Source of the DNA: Chthonomonadales bacterium | GTDB lineage: Bacteria; Armatimonadota; Chthonomonadetes; Chthonomonadales; Chthonomonadaceae | Assembly: GCA_038217285.1 (NCBI GenBank) | Contig: JBBQPO010000114.1 | Coordinates: 1 to 18,170 of the forward strand | DNA: 18,170 nt | Direction: 5' to 3' | In this document: positions 7,904 through 16,458 of the stretch, piece by piece | How positions within the stretch are numbered: the stretch's first letter is position 1 | How the letters are laid out: each line of letters opens with the position of its first letter | Position numbers and translations under genes: made by a program | Notes under the pieces: generated by a model | Database searches by the model: none | What the model saw: the letters and a program-made list of their open reading frames with translations, nothing else | What the model was told of the DNA's origin: nothing

Positions 7904-9700
7904 ATGAACGAAAAGACGCCGACACAGCAGATGTCGGAATGGCTGGCCGCACTCGGCGCTGCCCTCGAACGCGGCGATGCTGAAGGGGCGGCGAATCTGT
8001 TCGGCGCCGACAGCTACTGGCGCGACTTGGTGGCGTTCACCTGGAACATCACCACGGCCGAGGGCAACGCCAAGGTGCGCAAGATGATCGAGCACGCGGT
8101 GATCCCCACGAAGCCCACCGCATGGCAACTTGAGGGCGAAGCCAGCGAGACAAACGGCGTGACAGAAGGCTGGATCCGCTTCGAGACCGACGTGGCGCGC
8201 GGTTGTGGTCATGTGCGGCTGGTCGGCGGCAAGGCCTCGACGCTGCTGACGACGATGACAGAACTAAAGGGATTCGAGGAGCACAGGGGGCCAACGCGCG
8301 ACAGGGGAGTCGAACCCGGCGTCTATCCCGGCCGTAAGACGTGGCTTGAACAGCGTCAACAGGAGGAGGCCGAACTCGGCTTCAGCACACAGCCCTATGT
8401 CGTGATCGTCGGGGGCGGGCAGGGCGCCATCGCGCTCGGCGCACGTCTGCGGCGGCTGAACGTGCCGACGATCATCATCGAGAAGAACGAGCGGCCCGGC
8501 GACTCCTGGCGGAAGCGTTATAAGAGCCTGTGTCTGCACGATCCGGTCTGGTACGACCACCTCCCCTACCTTCCGTTCCCCAATCACTGGCCGGTGTTCA
8601 GCCCGAAAGATAAGATCGCCGACTGGCTCGAAATGTACACCAAGGTGATGGAACTGAACTACTGGGGCAGCACCGAATGCAAGCACGCAAGCTATGACGA
8701 CGCAAAGCAGGAGTGGACGGTCGATGTCGTTCGCAATGGGCAACCGCTGACGCTGCGACCGAAGCAACTCGTGCTCGCCACCGGCTCACTGGGAGTGCCG
8801 AACATGCCGTCTGTGCCTGGAATGGAGAGGTTCCAGGGGGTTCTGCACCACAGCAGCAAGCACCTGGGGCCCGACGGCTACCGGGGTAAGAAGGCTGTGG
8901 TGATCGGCTCCAACAACTCCGCCCACGACATCTGCGCCGCCCTCTGGGAGGAGGACGCCGACGTGACGATGGTGCAGCGCAGTTCGACGATGGTGGTGCG
9001 CAGCGACACGCTGATGGAACTGGGCTTCGGTGGCCTGTACTCCGAAGCTGCGGTGAATGCCGGCATCACCACAGAAAGGGCCGATCTGACCCTCGCCTCG
9101 CTGCCCTACCGAATGCTGCCGGCCCTGCAAACGCCGTTGACCGAGGAGATCAAGAAGCGTGATGCCGAGTTCTACGCGCGGCTTGAGAAGGCCGGCTTTC
9201 AGCTCGACTTCGGCGAGGACGGGTCGGGCCTGTGGCTCAAGGGACTGCGGCGAGGCGGAGGCATCTACATCGATGTCGGCGCGAGCGCGCTTGTCGCCGA
9301 TGGCAGGATCAAACTCAAAAGCGGAGTCGGCGTCGAACGCATCGAGGAGCGCTCGGTCGTACTGACCGATGGCAGCGAACTGCCCGCCGACCTGATCGTC
9401 TTCGCCACCGGCTACGGCTCCATGAACGGCTGGGTCGAACGGCTCATCAGCAAGGAGACCGCCGATAAGGTCGGCAAGTGCTGGGGACTCGGCTCAGACA
9501 CGCAGTACGATCCGGGGCCGTGGGAGGGCGAACTGCGCAACATGTGGAAGCCCACGCACCAGGAGGCGCTGTGGTTCCACGGCGGCAACCTGCATCTGTC
9601 GCGACACTACTCGCAGTACCTGTCGCTGCAGTTGAAGGCGCGCCTGGAGGGAATTCCCACGCTGGTATACGGACTCGGGCCGGTGCATCACACCTCTTAA
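7904..9700 (+). CDS. Flavin-containing monooxygenase (type II FMO-like / CzcO-type NAD(P)/FAD oxidoreductase) with SnoaL-like N-terminal extension
   Basis: Rossmann VIVGGGQGA, WRKRYKSLCLHDP, FMO fingerprint FQGVLHHSSKH, second dinucleotide motif VIGSNNSA, and ATGY. RBS AGGAG at 7892-7896; start is GTG 7901 or ATG 7904. Confidence 0.88.
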   Translation: MNEKTPTQQMSEWLAALGAALERGDAEGAANLFGADSYWRDLVAFTWNITTAEGNAKVRKMIEHAVIPTKPTAWQLEGEASETNGVTEGWIRFETDVARGCGHVRLVGGKASTLLTTMTELKGFEEHRGPTRDRGVEPGVYPGRKTWLEQRQQEEAELGFSTQPYVVIVGGGQGAIALGARLRRLNVPTIIIEKNERPGDSWRKRYKSLCLHDPVWYDHLPYLPFPNHWPVFSPKDKIADWLEMYTKVMELNYWGSTECKHASYDDAKQEWTVDVVRNGQPLTLRPKQLVLATGSLGVPNMPSVPGMERFQGVLHHSSKHLGPDGYRGKKAVVIGSNNSAHDICAALWEEDADVTMVQRSSTMVVRSDTLMELGFGGLYSEAAVNAGITTERADLTLASLPYRMLPALQTPLTEEIKKRDAEFYARLEKAGFQLDFGEDGSGLWLKGLRRGGGIYIDVGASALVADGRIKLKSGVGVERIEERSVVLTDGSELPADLIVFATGYGSMNGWVERLISKETADKVGKCWGLGSDTQYDPGPWEGELRNMWKPTHQEALWFHGGNLHLSRHYSQYLSLQLKARLEGIPTLVYGLGPVHHTS

Positions 9701-9713
9701 CAGGCGCGGAACC

Positions 9714-9790
9714 GCATCCTCGTGTACGCTCTCTCCCTCTTCGCAAGCGCGGAACTCTGCCGGCGTTGCAGGAGAGAGGAGAAGGAATGC
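9714..9790. repeat. Imperfect palindromic (REP-like) intergenic hairpin
   Basis: CTCTCTCC (9729-9736) / GGAGAGAG (9771-9778) perfect arms, inner GCAAGCGCGG / CCGGCGTTGC, outer GCATCCT / AGGAATGC. No U-tract. Confidence 0.5.
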
Positions 9791-9845
9791 AGAACTGAGG
9801 TTTCTGAACACGATGCAAACTTCGATTCGAATAGGAGGGCGAGGA

Positions 9846-10715
9846 ATGGCAGAGGTTAAGGAAGTTTCACGGCGTGGTCTGATCCAAACGGGTCTGGCTC
9901 TTGCGGTTGGATTGGCGGAGAACGGCTCGTCAGCCTCCGCGCAGGGAGCGCCGGACAGACGCGACTCCTGGCATGGGCTTAAGGTCAGCGTCGCATCGTA
10001 TACGCTGCGCAAGGTGCCTCTGGACGTCTGTATCAAAGATATTCAGCGCACAGGGCTGAAATATGTCTCTATTAAAGACATGCATCTGCCCTTCAACACG
10101 ACGGCTCAACAGCGGAAAGAGATCGCTCAGCGGTTCAAGGATGCCGGCATTACACCGCTCAGTTGTGGCAATGTCGGGATGAAAAACGACGAAGCCAGTA
10201 TACGCTCTGCGTTTGAGTATGCCCGGGACATCGGTGTGCCAACCATCGTCTGCGCTCCGCCAAAGGAGGCGCTGCCGATCCTGGACAAGATGGTGAAGGA
10301 GTTCGATATCAAGATCGCCATCCATAACCACGGGCCGGAGGACAAGACTTTCCCCTCACCCAAGGAGGTGTGGGACGCCGTTCAACCCTTTGATAAGCGT
10401 GTCGGTCTGTGCATCGATGTCGGCCATTGCGCCCGTGCCCAGGTCGATCCGGTCGAGGCGATCGTCAAATACCGTGAGCGACTCTATGACATGCACCTCA
10501 AAGATATCTCCAATACCACTCCGAAAGGCGCTCCGGTCGAAGTCGGCCGGGGAGTATTGAACATCCAGGGCATGTTGGAATCGGCGCTTAAGATCCACTA
10601 TCCCTACCTTGTGAGCTTCGAATACGAGAAAAACGACGACGATCCGTTGCCGGGCTTGATGGAGTGCGTAGGCTATACGCGTGGTATCCTCCACGGCCTG
10701 AAAGGCAACGTCTAG
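9846..10715 (+). CDS. Tat-exported sugar phosphate isomerase/epimerase family TIM barrel (AP_endonuc_2 / xylose-isomerase-like)
   Basis: AGGAGG (9833-9838) before ATG 9846; twin-arginine motif SRRGLI, hydrophobic stretch, ASA-Q cleavage site; metal-site motifs IHNH, DVGH, HLKD, FEYE. Confidence 0.82.
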   Translation: MAEVKEVSRRGLIQTGLALAVGLAENGSSASAQGAPDRRDSWHGLKVSVASYTLRKVPLDVCIKDIQRTGLKYVSIKDMHLPFNTTAQQRKEIAQRFKDAGITPLSCGNVGMKNDEASIRSAFEYARDIGVPTIVCAPPKEALPILDKMVKEFDIKIAIHNHGPEDKTFPSPKEVWDAVQPFDKRVGLCIDVGHCARAQVDPVEAIVKYRERLYDMHLKDISNTTPKGAPVEVGRGVLNIQGMLESALKIHYPYLVSFEYEKNDDDPLPGLMECVGYTRGILHGLKGNV

Positions 10716-10734
10716 CCTCCTCACGCGGGCAGCG

Positions 10735-10756
10735 CGACTTCCCTGCAGGAAAGTCG
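10735..10756. terminator. Near-perfect 22-bp palindrome between convergent genes (possible bidirectional terminator or REP-like element)
   Basis: CGACTT-C-CCTGCAGG-A-AAGTCG in a 47-bp convergent gap; no convincing U-tract. Confidence 0.4.
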
Positions 10757-10762
10757 GAACCG

Positions 10763-11608
10763 TTATTTCTCCGGCACGTGAGGAGAGATTTCCGCTACGA
10801 TGTTGCGCAGGTAGGCGACCTCTTCGCGCAGGCGGCGGCGCATTTCGGCGGGGTCGTCGGGAGCGTAGAAGGGCATAAAGACAAAGGTGCCGGCGAAGTC
10901 GATGCCCTGCAGGGCGCGGACCACCTCGTGCCAGTCTGTCACGCCGTTGTCGATCGGGGTCCAGTAGCGCGCCCAGCCTTTGTTCGGGCTCTCCGAGAGG
11001 CCCATGTCACGGATGACGCCGGTATCCTTCACGCCGACCGCGACCAGCGTACTGCCCAGCAGACGCGCCGACCGGCTCCACTCCTCGTGGCCGTCGAAGC
11101 TCTGGTTGCCAGGGTCCAGCTCGAGGCCTATCCACTCCGGCGGTAGGTCCGCGAAAAGATGATAGGCCATGCCCGGACTCGCGATCAGCGTGTTGTTGTG
11201 CAGTTGTGTGACGGCGCGTATCCCTGCGCGCTCACAGAGCGGGACCAGTCGTTCCAGTTGTTCTCGTGCCTGCCGCAGCGCCTCCCGCACATCTCCGCCC
11301 AGGTCCGGGAAATGGCCCATCCGAAAGTCCCGAATACCGGCGTCTGCCAGAACCGTCAGCGTCTCCGGCTTCTCCAGCAGCGCCTCCGCCGAGTAGTCGG
11401 TCGTGGCGAAGCGTATCTCCAGCCCCTCCCGGCGCATCACCCGCAGAAAGAGCGGCAGCTCCTCCGCCATATACTCCGGAGTGACCTGAAAACCGTCCCG
11501 CACCACCAGATTCGTCGTGTCCAGCCCGACTTCCCGCACCAGTTCCGCCAGTGCTGGCAGACTCAGGTGCGAAAAGAACTTCGGAAACAGACTCCAGGCT
11601 ATCTGCAA
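10763..11608 (-). CDS. Sugar phosphate isomerase/epimerase family TIM barrel protein (divergent)
   Basis: 281 aa, TTG start with AGGAG upstream; motifs QLHNN, LDPGNQ, GVKD, GVTDW..V..L..IDFAG. Lies 25 bp downstream of the amidohydrolase gene, probably the last gene of that operon. Confidence 0.75.
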   Translation of the reverse strand: MQIAWSLFPKFFSHLSLPALAELVREVGLDTTNLVVRDGFQVTPEYMAEELPLFLRVMRREGLEIRFATTDYSAEALLEKPETLTVLADAGIRDFRMGHFPDLGGDVREALRQAREQLERLVPLCERAGIRAVTQLHNNTLIASPGMAYHLFADLPPEWIGLELDPGNQSFDGHEEWSRSARLLGSTLVAVGVKDTGVIRDMGLSESPNKGWARYWTPIDNGVTDWHEVVRALQGIDFAGTFVFMPFYAPDDPAEMRRRLREEVAYLRNIVAEISPHVPEK

Positions 11609-11633
11609 TCGCGTCGTACTCCTGCTTTGTGCG

Positions 11634-14417
11634 TTATTTGGCGCTCGCGGTTTTGTGCGCCGTGGCGCTGGTTGTTTTCAGCGCGGGCAGGCGCTGCAGG
11701 AAGGTCTGGTAGAGACGGGTATGTTTGTTCTCCAGAGCGACCGGCTTGCCCGCAATGAACAGGTTGTGCAGGTGTGTGGTGATCTCCAGCGGATCGCCGT
11801 CTGTCACGATCAGGTTGGCGAGCTTGCCGGGTTCCAGACTGCCCATCACCTCGCTGACGCCGAGAATACGCGCCGCTTCGGTGGTCAGGGCCTTGAGAGC
11901 CGCCTCGTGCGAGAGGCCGTAGGCGCAGGTGATTCCGGCCTGGGTCGGCAGGTTCTTCGCCAGGGAGGCGTTGCCGGAGGCGAAGCAGAAATGCACACCT
12001 GCGCGCTGGAGAAGCGCCGGGGTGGCGAAGACGGTGTCGTACGGGTCGTAGTCGTTGCGCGGCCCCGAGGAGCCCAGGCTGTTGTCTATCGGCAGGGTGT
12101 AGATGACCGGCACCTTCTTCTGCGCCAGCAGATCCGCGACCTTGCCTGCCTCGGCAGCCCCCGCGATAATCGCTTTCAGGCCGTTCTGCTCTGCGAACTC
12201 GATGGCCTTCCGGATGCCGTAGCCTGTGCCTGCGTTGAAGACGACCGGAAGCTTGCCCGTGACGTACGGAATCATCGCCTCCATCTGCGGGTCGAGCGTC
12301 TGCGCGGTTCCGGACTGTCCCTTCGCAGCAGCGTAGCGCTTCGCCCGGTCGAAGTACTCCTTGAGCTTCTTCATCTGCTCCTTTTCAGCGTCGCGCTGCT
12401 GCTGCAGGAAGTCGGCTGGGAGGAAGGAGCGGAAGGCACGCGGTATGCGTCGCGCGCCCTCCGGGAAGTTGACGTAGAGGCCGCCGGGACTCTTCACTTT
12501 CATCAGCTCCGGAGTCCAGCCCGCCAGATTCATGACGCCGCCCTGGCCGGTAATGACACCGCCTCCACCCCCACTGGGATGCGTCATTGTCGCCGTCACG
12601 CCGTCGCAACGCGTGACGGGGATATGCTCGCTATCGGCGCGAACGGCGGTGATCGCCAGCAGGTCGGGCTGAAACGCGCCGATCTCGCTGCTGTCGATGG
12701 TGGCGTTGACCTGTTCGATCTCGCTCAGACCTAGCTCCGAGCCGCTGTCGATCATTCCCGGATAGACGTGCAGGCCACGCGCCTGCACCACGACCGCGCC
12801 TTTAGGGACCGGGATATTCCGGCCCAGGGCTTTGATATGGCCGTCCTCCACGATCAGGGTGCCGCCTGGTATGTCCGCCCCAGAGACGGAGTGCAGCGTC
12901 GCGCCGACGATGGCGTAGAGCCTGCTGTCGGCGGGAACGGCCAGAGCATAAGGCTCGGTCAGGGAGGGCGTCACACCCTGACTGGCGGTCGATGTTTTGT
13001 CCACGCCGTAGGCGTCGCGCCGCTGAAAGAAGACCTCGCCTTCGACCAGAGTCGTCACGCATTTCGAGTAGACGCTGAACGGATGGCCGTCCCAGACTGT
13101 GATGTCGCCGTCCTTACCCGCTTCCAGGCTGCCCGTGCGCTTATCGACGCCGAGCTGAATGGCAGGGTTGAGGGTGACAAGTTTCCAGGCTTCGTCCTCA
13201 CTCAGCCCGCCGAACTTCATCGCCTTCGCGGCTTCCAGGTTGAGGTGATATGTGCCGCCCATGTTGTCGGAGTTGACCGACGTGATGAGCCCGGCCCGTT
13301 CGCACATGGCCGCGTTGTAGGGGATAGCGTCGTAGGCCTCGACCTTGTAGGCCCAGGCGTCCGCAAAGGTGGAGATGGGAATATGCGCCTCCAGCAGCTC
13401 GGGCACGATCTTGTAGGCTTCCAGTGCATGCTGGAGCGCCCCGATCTTGAAGCCGAACTCCTGGCTGAGGCGCACCATCATCAGCATCTCATCGGCGCGG
13501 TAGCAGTGGCACTGCACCCAGATGTCGCGTTTGAGAATGCCTGCCAGCGTCTCCAGGCGCAGATCCCGGCGCGGCGGCACGGCGTTCGGGTCGCTCTGCT
13601 TCGCGGTGTCGTAGGCCTGCCACTCCGCCATGTAGGTCTTCGCCTGCGCGAACGCGCGCCGATAGACGGCCTCGACGCCCATGCGGGTCGCGGGGAAGCG
13701 CGAGGCTCCTCGCGATCCTCCACTCTGCTTGACGTTCTCGCCGAGCGCGAACTTGATCATGCGCGGCGCGTCCGGCACGATCATCTCCGCTACCGATGTC
13801 TGCCATTTCATCTTGACGACCACGCTCTGCCCGCCGATGGGGTTGGCGCTGCCGTGGAGCAGCAGCGAGGTGGTGACGCCATTGGAGAGGCCGCGAAAAA
13901 GGGAGATCGACTGCGGATCGATCACATCGTGGATGCGCACCTCGGCGGTGATGCTGTCGGTGCCTTCATTGGTGCTGTCCTCGGCGATGTGCGAGTGGGC
14001 GTCGATGATGCCGGGCGTGACGAACTTGCCGGTCGCATCGATGATCGCGATCCCAGCAGGCGGGGTGAGGCCCTTACCGATGGCGACGATCTTGCCGTTC
14101 TGCACCAGCACATCGGCGTTCGCCTGCGTGCCTCTGGTGACGGTGACGACGGTGCCGTTCTTGATAAAGACGCTGCCGCCGGTATGCAGAGCGGGCTTGC
14201 GATCCGCCTCCAACTCGACCGGCGACTCCAGCCCCTTCTTCGCCGCCGGAGCGACAGGAATGCCGCCTGGCTTCGCTTGGATCGGTGTGGCCGGAATGCC
14301 GCCTGGCTTCGCCTGTATCGGCGTGAGGGGCTTCGCGGCAGGTCTCTCCTGTGCCAGGGCCATTGTGCCGGACAGCAGCAGGGCGGCGCAACTCACTCGA
14401 ACCAGAGAGGTTTTCAT
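11634..14417 (-). CDS. Secreted tandem (double-domain) amidohydrolase family protein, imidazolonepropionase-like fold
   Basis: Signal peptide. Domain 1: PGIIDAHSH, CHCYR, QHALE, NSD, GSLEAGKDGD. Domain 2: PGMIDSGSE, GSLEPGKLANL. Confidence 0.88.
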   Translation of the reverse strand: MKTSLVRVSCAALLLSGTMALAQERPAAKPLTPIQAKPGGIPATPIQAKPGGIPVAPAAKKGLESPVELEADRKPALHTGGSVFIKNGTVVTVTRGTQANADVLVQNGKIVAIGKGLTPPAGIAIIDATGKFVTPGIIDAHSHIAEDSTNEGTDSITAEVRIHDVIDPQSISLFRGLSNGVTTSLLLHGSANPIGGQSVVVKMKWQTSVAEMIVPDAPRMIKFALGENVKQSGGSRGASRFPATRMGVEAVYRRAFAQAKTYMAEWQAYDTAKQSDPNAVPPRRDLRLETLAGILKRDIWVQCHCYRADEMLMMVRLSQEFGFKIGALQHALEAYKIVPELLEAHIPISTFADAWAYKVEAYDAIPYNAAMCERAGLITSVNSDNMGGTYHLNLEAAKAMKFGGLSEDEAWKLVTLNPAIQLGVDKRTGSLEAGKDGDITVWDGHPFSVYSKCVTTLVEGEVFFQRRDAYGVDKTSTASQGVTPSLTEPYALAVPADSRLYAIVGATLHSVSGADIPGGTLIVEDGHIKALGRNIPVPKGAVVVQARGLHVYPGMIDSGSELGLSEIEQVNATIDSSEIGAFQPDLLAITAVRADSEHIPVTRCDGVTATMTHPSGGGGGVITGQGGVMNLAGWTPELMKVKSPGGLYVNFPEGARRIPRAFRSFLPADFLQQQRDAEKEQMKKLKEYFDRAKRYAAAKGQSGTAQTLDPQMEAMIPYVTGKLPVVFNAGTGYGIRKAIEFAEQNGLKAIIAGAAEAGKVADLLAQKKVPVIYTLPIDNSLGSSGPRNDYDPYDTVFATPALLQRAGVHFCFASGNASLAKNLPTQAGITCAYGLSHEAALKALTTEAARILGVSEVMGSLEPGKLANLIVTDGDPLEITTHLHNLFIAGKPVALENKHTRLYQTFLQRLPALKTTSATAHKTASAK
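14257..14325 (-). repeat. In-frame 36-bp-period tandem duplication (TPIQAKPGGIP x2)
   Basis: 14257-14289 vs 14293-14325: 30/33 identical. Confidence 0.9.
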
Positions 14418-16063
14418 CGGTCGTCGTCCTCGCCGAGCGTGGGAATAGGAAACGACGGGCGGGCGCTCGGGCGGTCGTTCTCCAGATCGAATTTACTCTT
14501 ATCGATGAACACGTAGCGGACTTTTGTCTTGGGGTCGGCGAAGTCGCCGCTCATCACGACAAGATCGGCGATCTTGCCAGTCTCGACGGTTCCCATCTGC
14601 CTGTCCACGGCGTAGAGTTTGGCGGCATTGATCGTGAGGGCCTTGAGCGCATTTTCGCGGCTGAGTCCGGCCTTGATCGCCTTCCGCAGATTGTCCATGA
14701 ACTCTGTCGGGGTGCGGAGACCCTTCGTGGTAAAGACGAAAGGCACACCCGCGCGCTGTAGCTTCGCGGCATTGGCGACCTTCTCGTCCCACTTGCGATG
14801 CTGCTCTGCGATGACGACCTTCGGCGTCTCGTCCTCATCGTCCGGGCTGACCGTCACGACATCGGAGGGCGGCGTCGGCACATCAGGCTGCGGCGTACCG
14901 GGCGGGGGAGCGACGGGAAGAGGAACCGCGTCGTTCTTCGGCACCGCCGGCGGTACGATCAGAGCGCCAGGGGGCGCGACCGGCGGCGGCTGAAGATTGC
15001 CAGGTGGCGGGAGCGGGCTGGGCACGGCTGGGCCTCCACCGCGTCGCCCGCCGGGGCGACCGGTTCCGGGCAGTCCGGGCGCGCTTGTCGGGGTTTTGGG
15101 AGCGCCGGGCTCTTCGCCGAAGTTCAGGGCGACCAGCACCGGGATCTGTCGTTTGGCGAGCATCGGGGCCAGTTTCCAGGCGTCACCGCCCCCGCTGACG
15201 ACCGGTTTCAGGCCGAACTCATCGGCGATATTCAGGGCGCGCACGATCTGGTTTTCGGTGTCGGCGTCGAAGACGGCGGGCATGGCGCCGCTGAGGACCG
15301 GCTGCAGCGCGAGCAGGCTGTCGTCCGCCGGGGGGCGCTGACGGGCCCCGTTTGCGAAGGCCGTCTCGACCGTGCGATAGTACTGGGCGTCGAGCAGTGT
15401 CTGGCGCAGCAGCGCGATATAGCCGAGGAGGCTGCCGGGATAGCCGGTTCCGCTCGGACGCTGCGGCTGCGCATCGCGAACGAAGTTGGCTCCGGTGCCG
15501 AAGCCGAAGCCCATCGTCACCGTCGGACGCACTACGGCGTCTCGTTTCGGCGCGCCGCTGAGGTTGACCAGGGCGCTGACGCCGCTGATGCTGCCTCCGG
15601 AGGGCGCGACCAGGGCGGTCGTGAAACCGGCCTGCCGAATCGGGCCGAGCGCGGCGTCGGTCAGGGTCAGATAGTCCGCCGCCCGCATCTCAGGCCGAAT
15701 GCCTTTGCGATTGGCAAGCCGCATGGAGGCCGGTGCCTCCGTGCCGGTGTCGGGAGCCTTGTCCTGATCGGGCTGCGCGGCCGGAAGGGTAAACCCGGTG
15801 GTCATCTGGCCGTCGATGAAGCCTGGGTAGACCGTGAGGCCATCGCCCTTGATCACCTCCGCATCCGCCGGAACCTTGACGTCCGGCCCTATCGCCACGA
15901 TAAGCCCATGCCGCAGCAGTATCGTCGCCTTGTCGAGGATGCGCCCGTCTCCGACTTCGACGCGGACACCGACAAGCGCAAAAGTGTCGGGAGTCGGCGA
16001 CTGCGCGATGGCAGGCAACGCCGCTAACCCCAGCCCTAAACAGAGTGGAAAAGTCCAGCGCAC
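14414..16063 (-). CDS. Secreted amidohydrolase family protein lacking HxH, with Pro-rich insertion
   Basis: Signal peptide MRWTFPLCLGLGLAALPAIA; PGFIDGQM, GFTTAL, ALKALTINAA, GTVETGKIADL. GTG start with GAAAGAGAGG RBS; ATGA overlap with the next gene. Confidence 0.85.
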   Translation of the reverse strand: MRWTFPLCLGLGLAALPAIAQSPTPDTFALVGVRVEVGDGRILDKATILLRHGLIVAIGPDVKVPADAEVIKGDGLTVYPGFIDGQMTTGFTLPAAQPDQDKAPDTGTEAPASMRLANRKGIRPEMRAADYLTLTDAALGPIRQAGFTTALVAPSGGSISGVSALVNLSGAPKRDAVVRPTVTMGFGFGTGANFVRDAQPQRPSGTGYPGSLLGYIALLRQTLLDAQYYRTVETAFANGARQRPPADDSLLALQPVLSGAMPAVFDADTENQIVRALNIADEFGLKPVVSGGGDAWKLAPMLAKRQIPVLVALNFGEEPGAPKTPTSAPGLPGTGRPGGRRGGGPAVPSPLPPPGNLQPPPVAPPGALIVPPAVPKNDAVPLPVAPPPGTPQPDVPTPPSDVVTVSPDDEDETPKVVIAEQHRKWDEKVANAAKLQRAGVPFVFTTKGLRTPTEFMDNLRKAIKAGLSRENALKALTINAAKLYAVDRQMGTVETGKIADLVVMSGDFADPKTKVRYVFIDKSKFDLENDRPSARPSFPIPTLGEDDDR

Positions 16064-16185
16064 GAGAGAGCCTCTCTTTCATTGGTAGTGCGGTCGGGGT
16101 TGCGGCGGCGCAACGGCGGAAGATGGATGAAAAGGAATCGGGGAACGCGAAATCAGGGCACGCTGCCAATAGGCCGGAAAGAGAG

Positions 16186-16215
16186 ATTATAGTAGTTTTC
16201 GCGAGCCAAAGTCAA
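16186..16215 (-). promoter_or_regulatory. Sigma70 promoter of the amidohydrolase operon
   Basis: Minus strand TTGACT (16215-16210) - 18 nt - TATAAT (16191-16186). Confidence 0.75.
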
Positions 16216-16387
16216 CCGGCATCGTCCCTACCTCTCAAAGTGTTGGTTTGAATATCGTATCTTCTTCTGTCGCCGGTTCGGCAAAGTTCTGTAGCATAAA
16301 GGACGTTATGTGCCATGATAAGGCACAGGCAGGGAGGCGGGTGAAGAGCTTGTTTTAGAATGAGGCTTAAGTCCCTAGTAGAAGCAC

Positions 16388-16416
16388 TTGAATCTACTCT
16401 GATGTTGAAGTATACT
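16388..16416 (+). promoter_or_regulatory. Sigma70 promoter of the TA operon
   Basis: TTGAAT (16388-16393) - 17 nt - TATACT (16411-16416), about 40 bp upstream of GGAGG/ATG 16459. Confidence 0.7.
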
Positions 16417-16458
16417 ATTGCATACAACTACTATCACCACACTGGAGGTATACCTGCT

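Noticed and set aside
7662-7952. 97-aa N-terminal extension of the amidohydrolase ORF
   Set aside because: Runs through the promoter and into the divergent FMO gene; the RBS and HxH position support ATG 7661.
16224-16377. 7-bp direct repeat GTCCCTA flanking 140 bp (possible target-site duplication)
   Set aside because: No convincing inner inverted repeats; a 7-mer match can arise by chance.
16360-16458. 33-aa N-terminal extension of the antitoxin ORF
   Set aside because: Contains the predicted promoter and the GGAGG RBS for ATG 16459.
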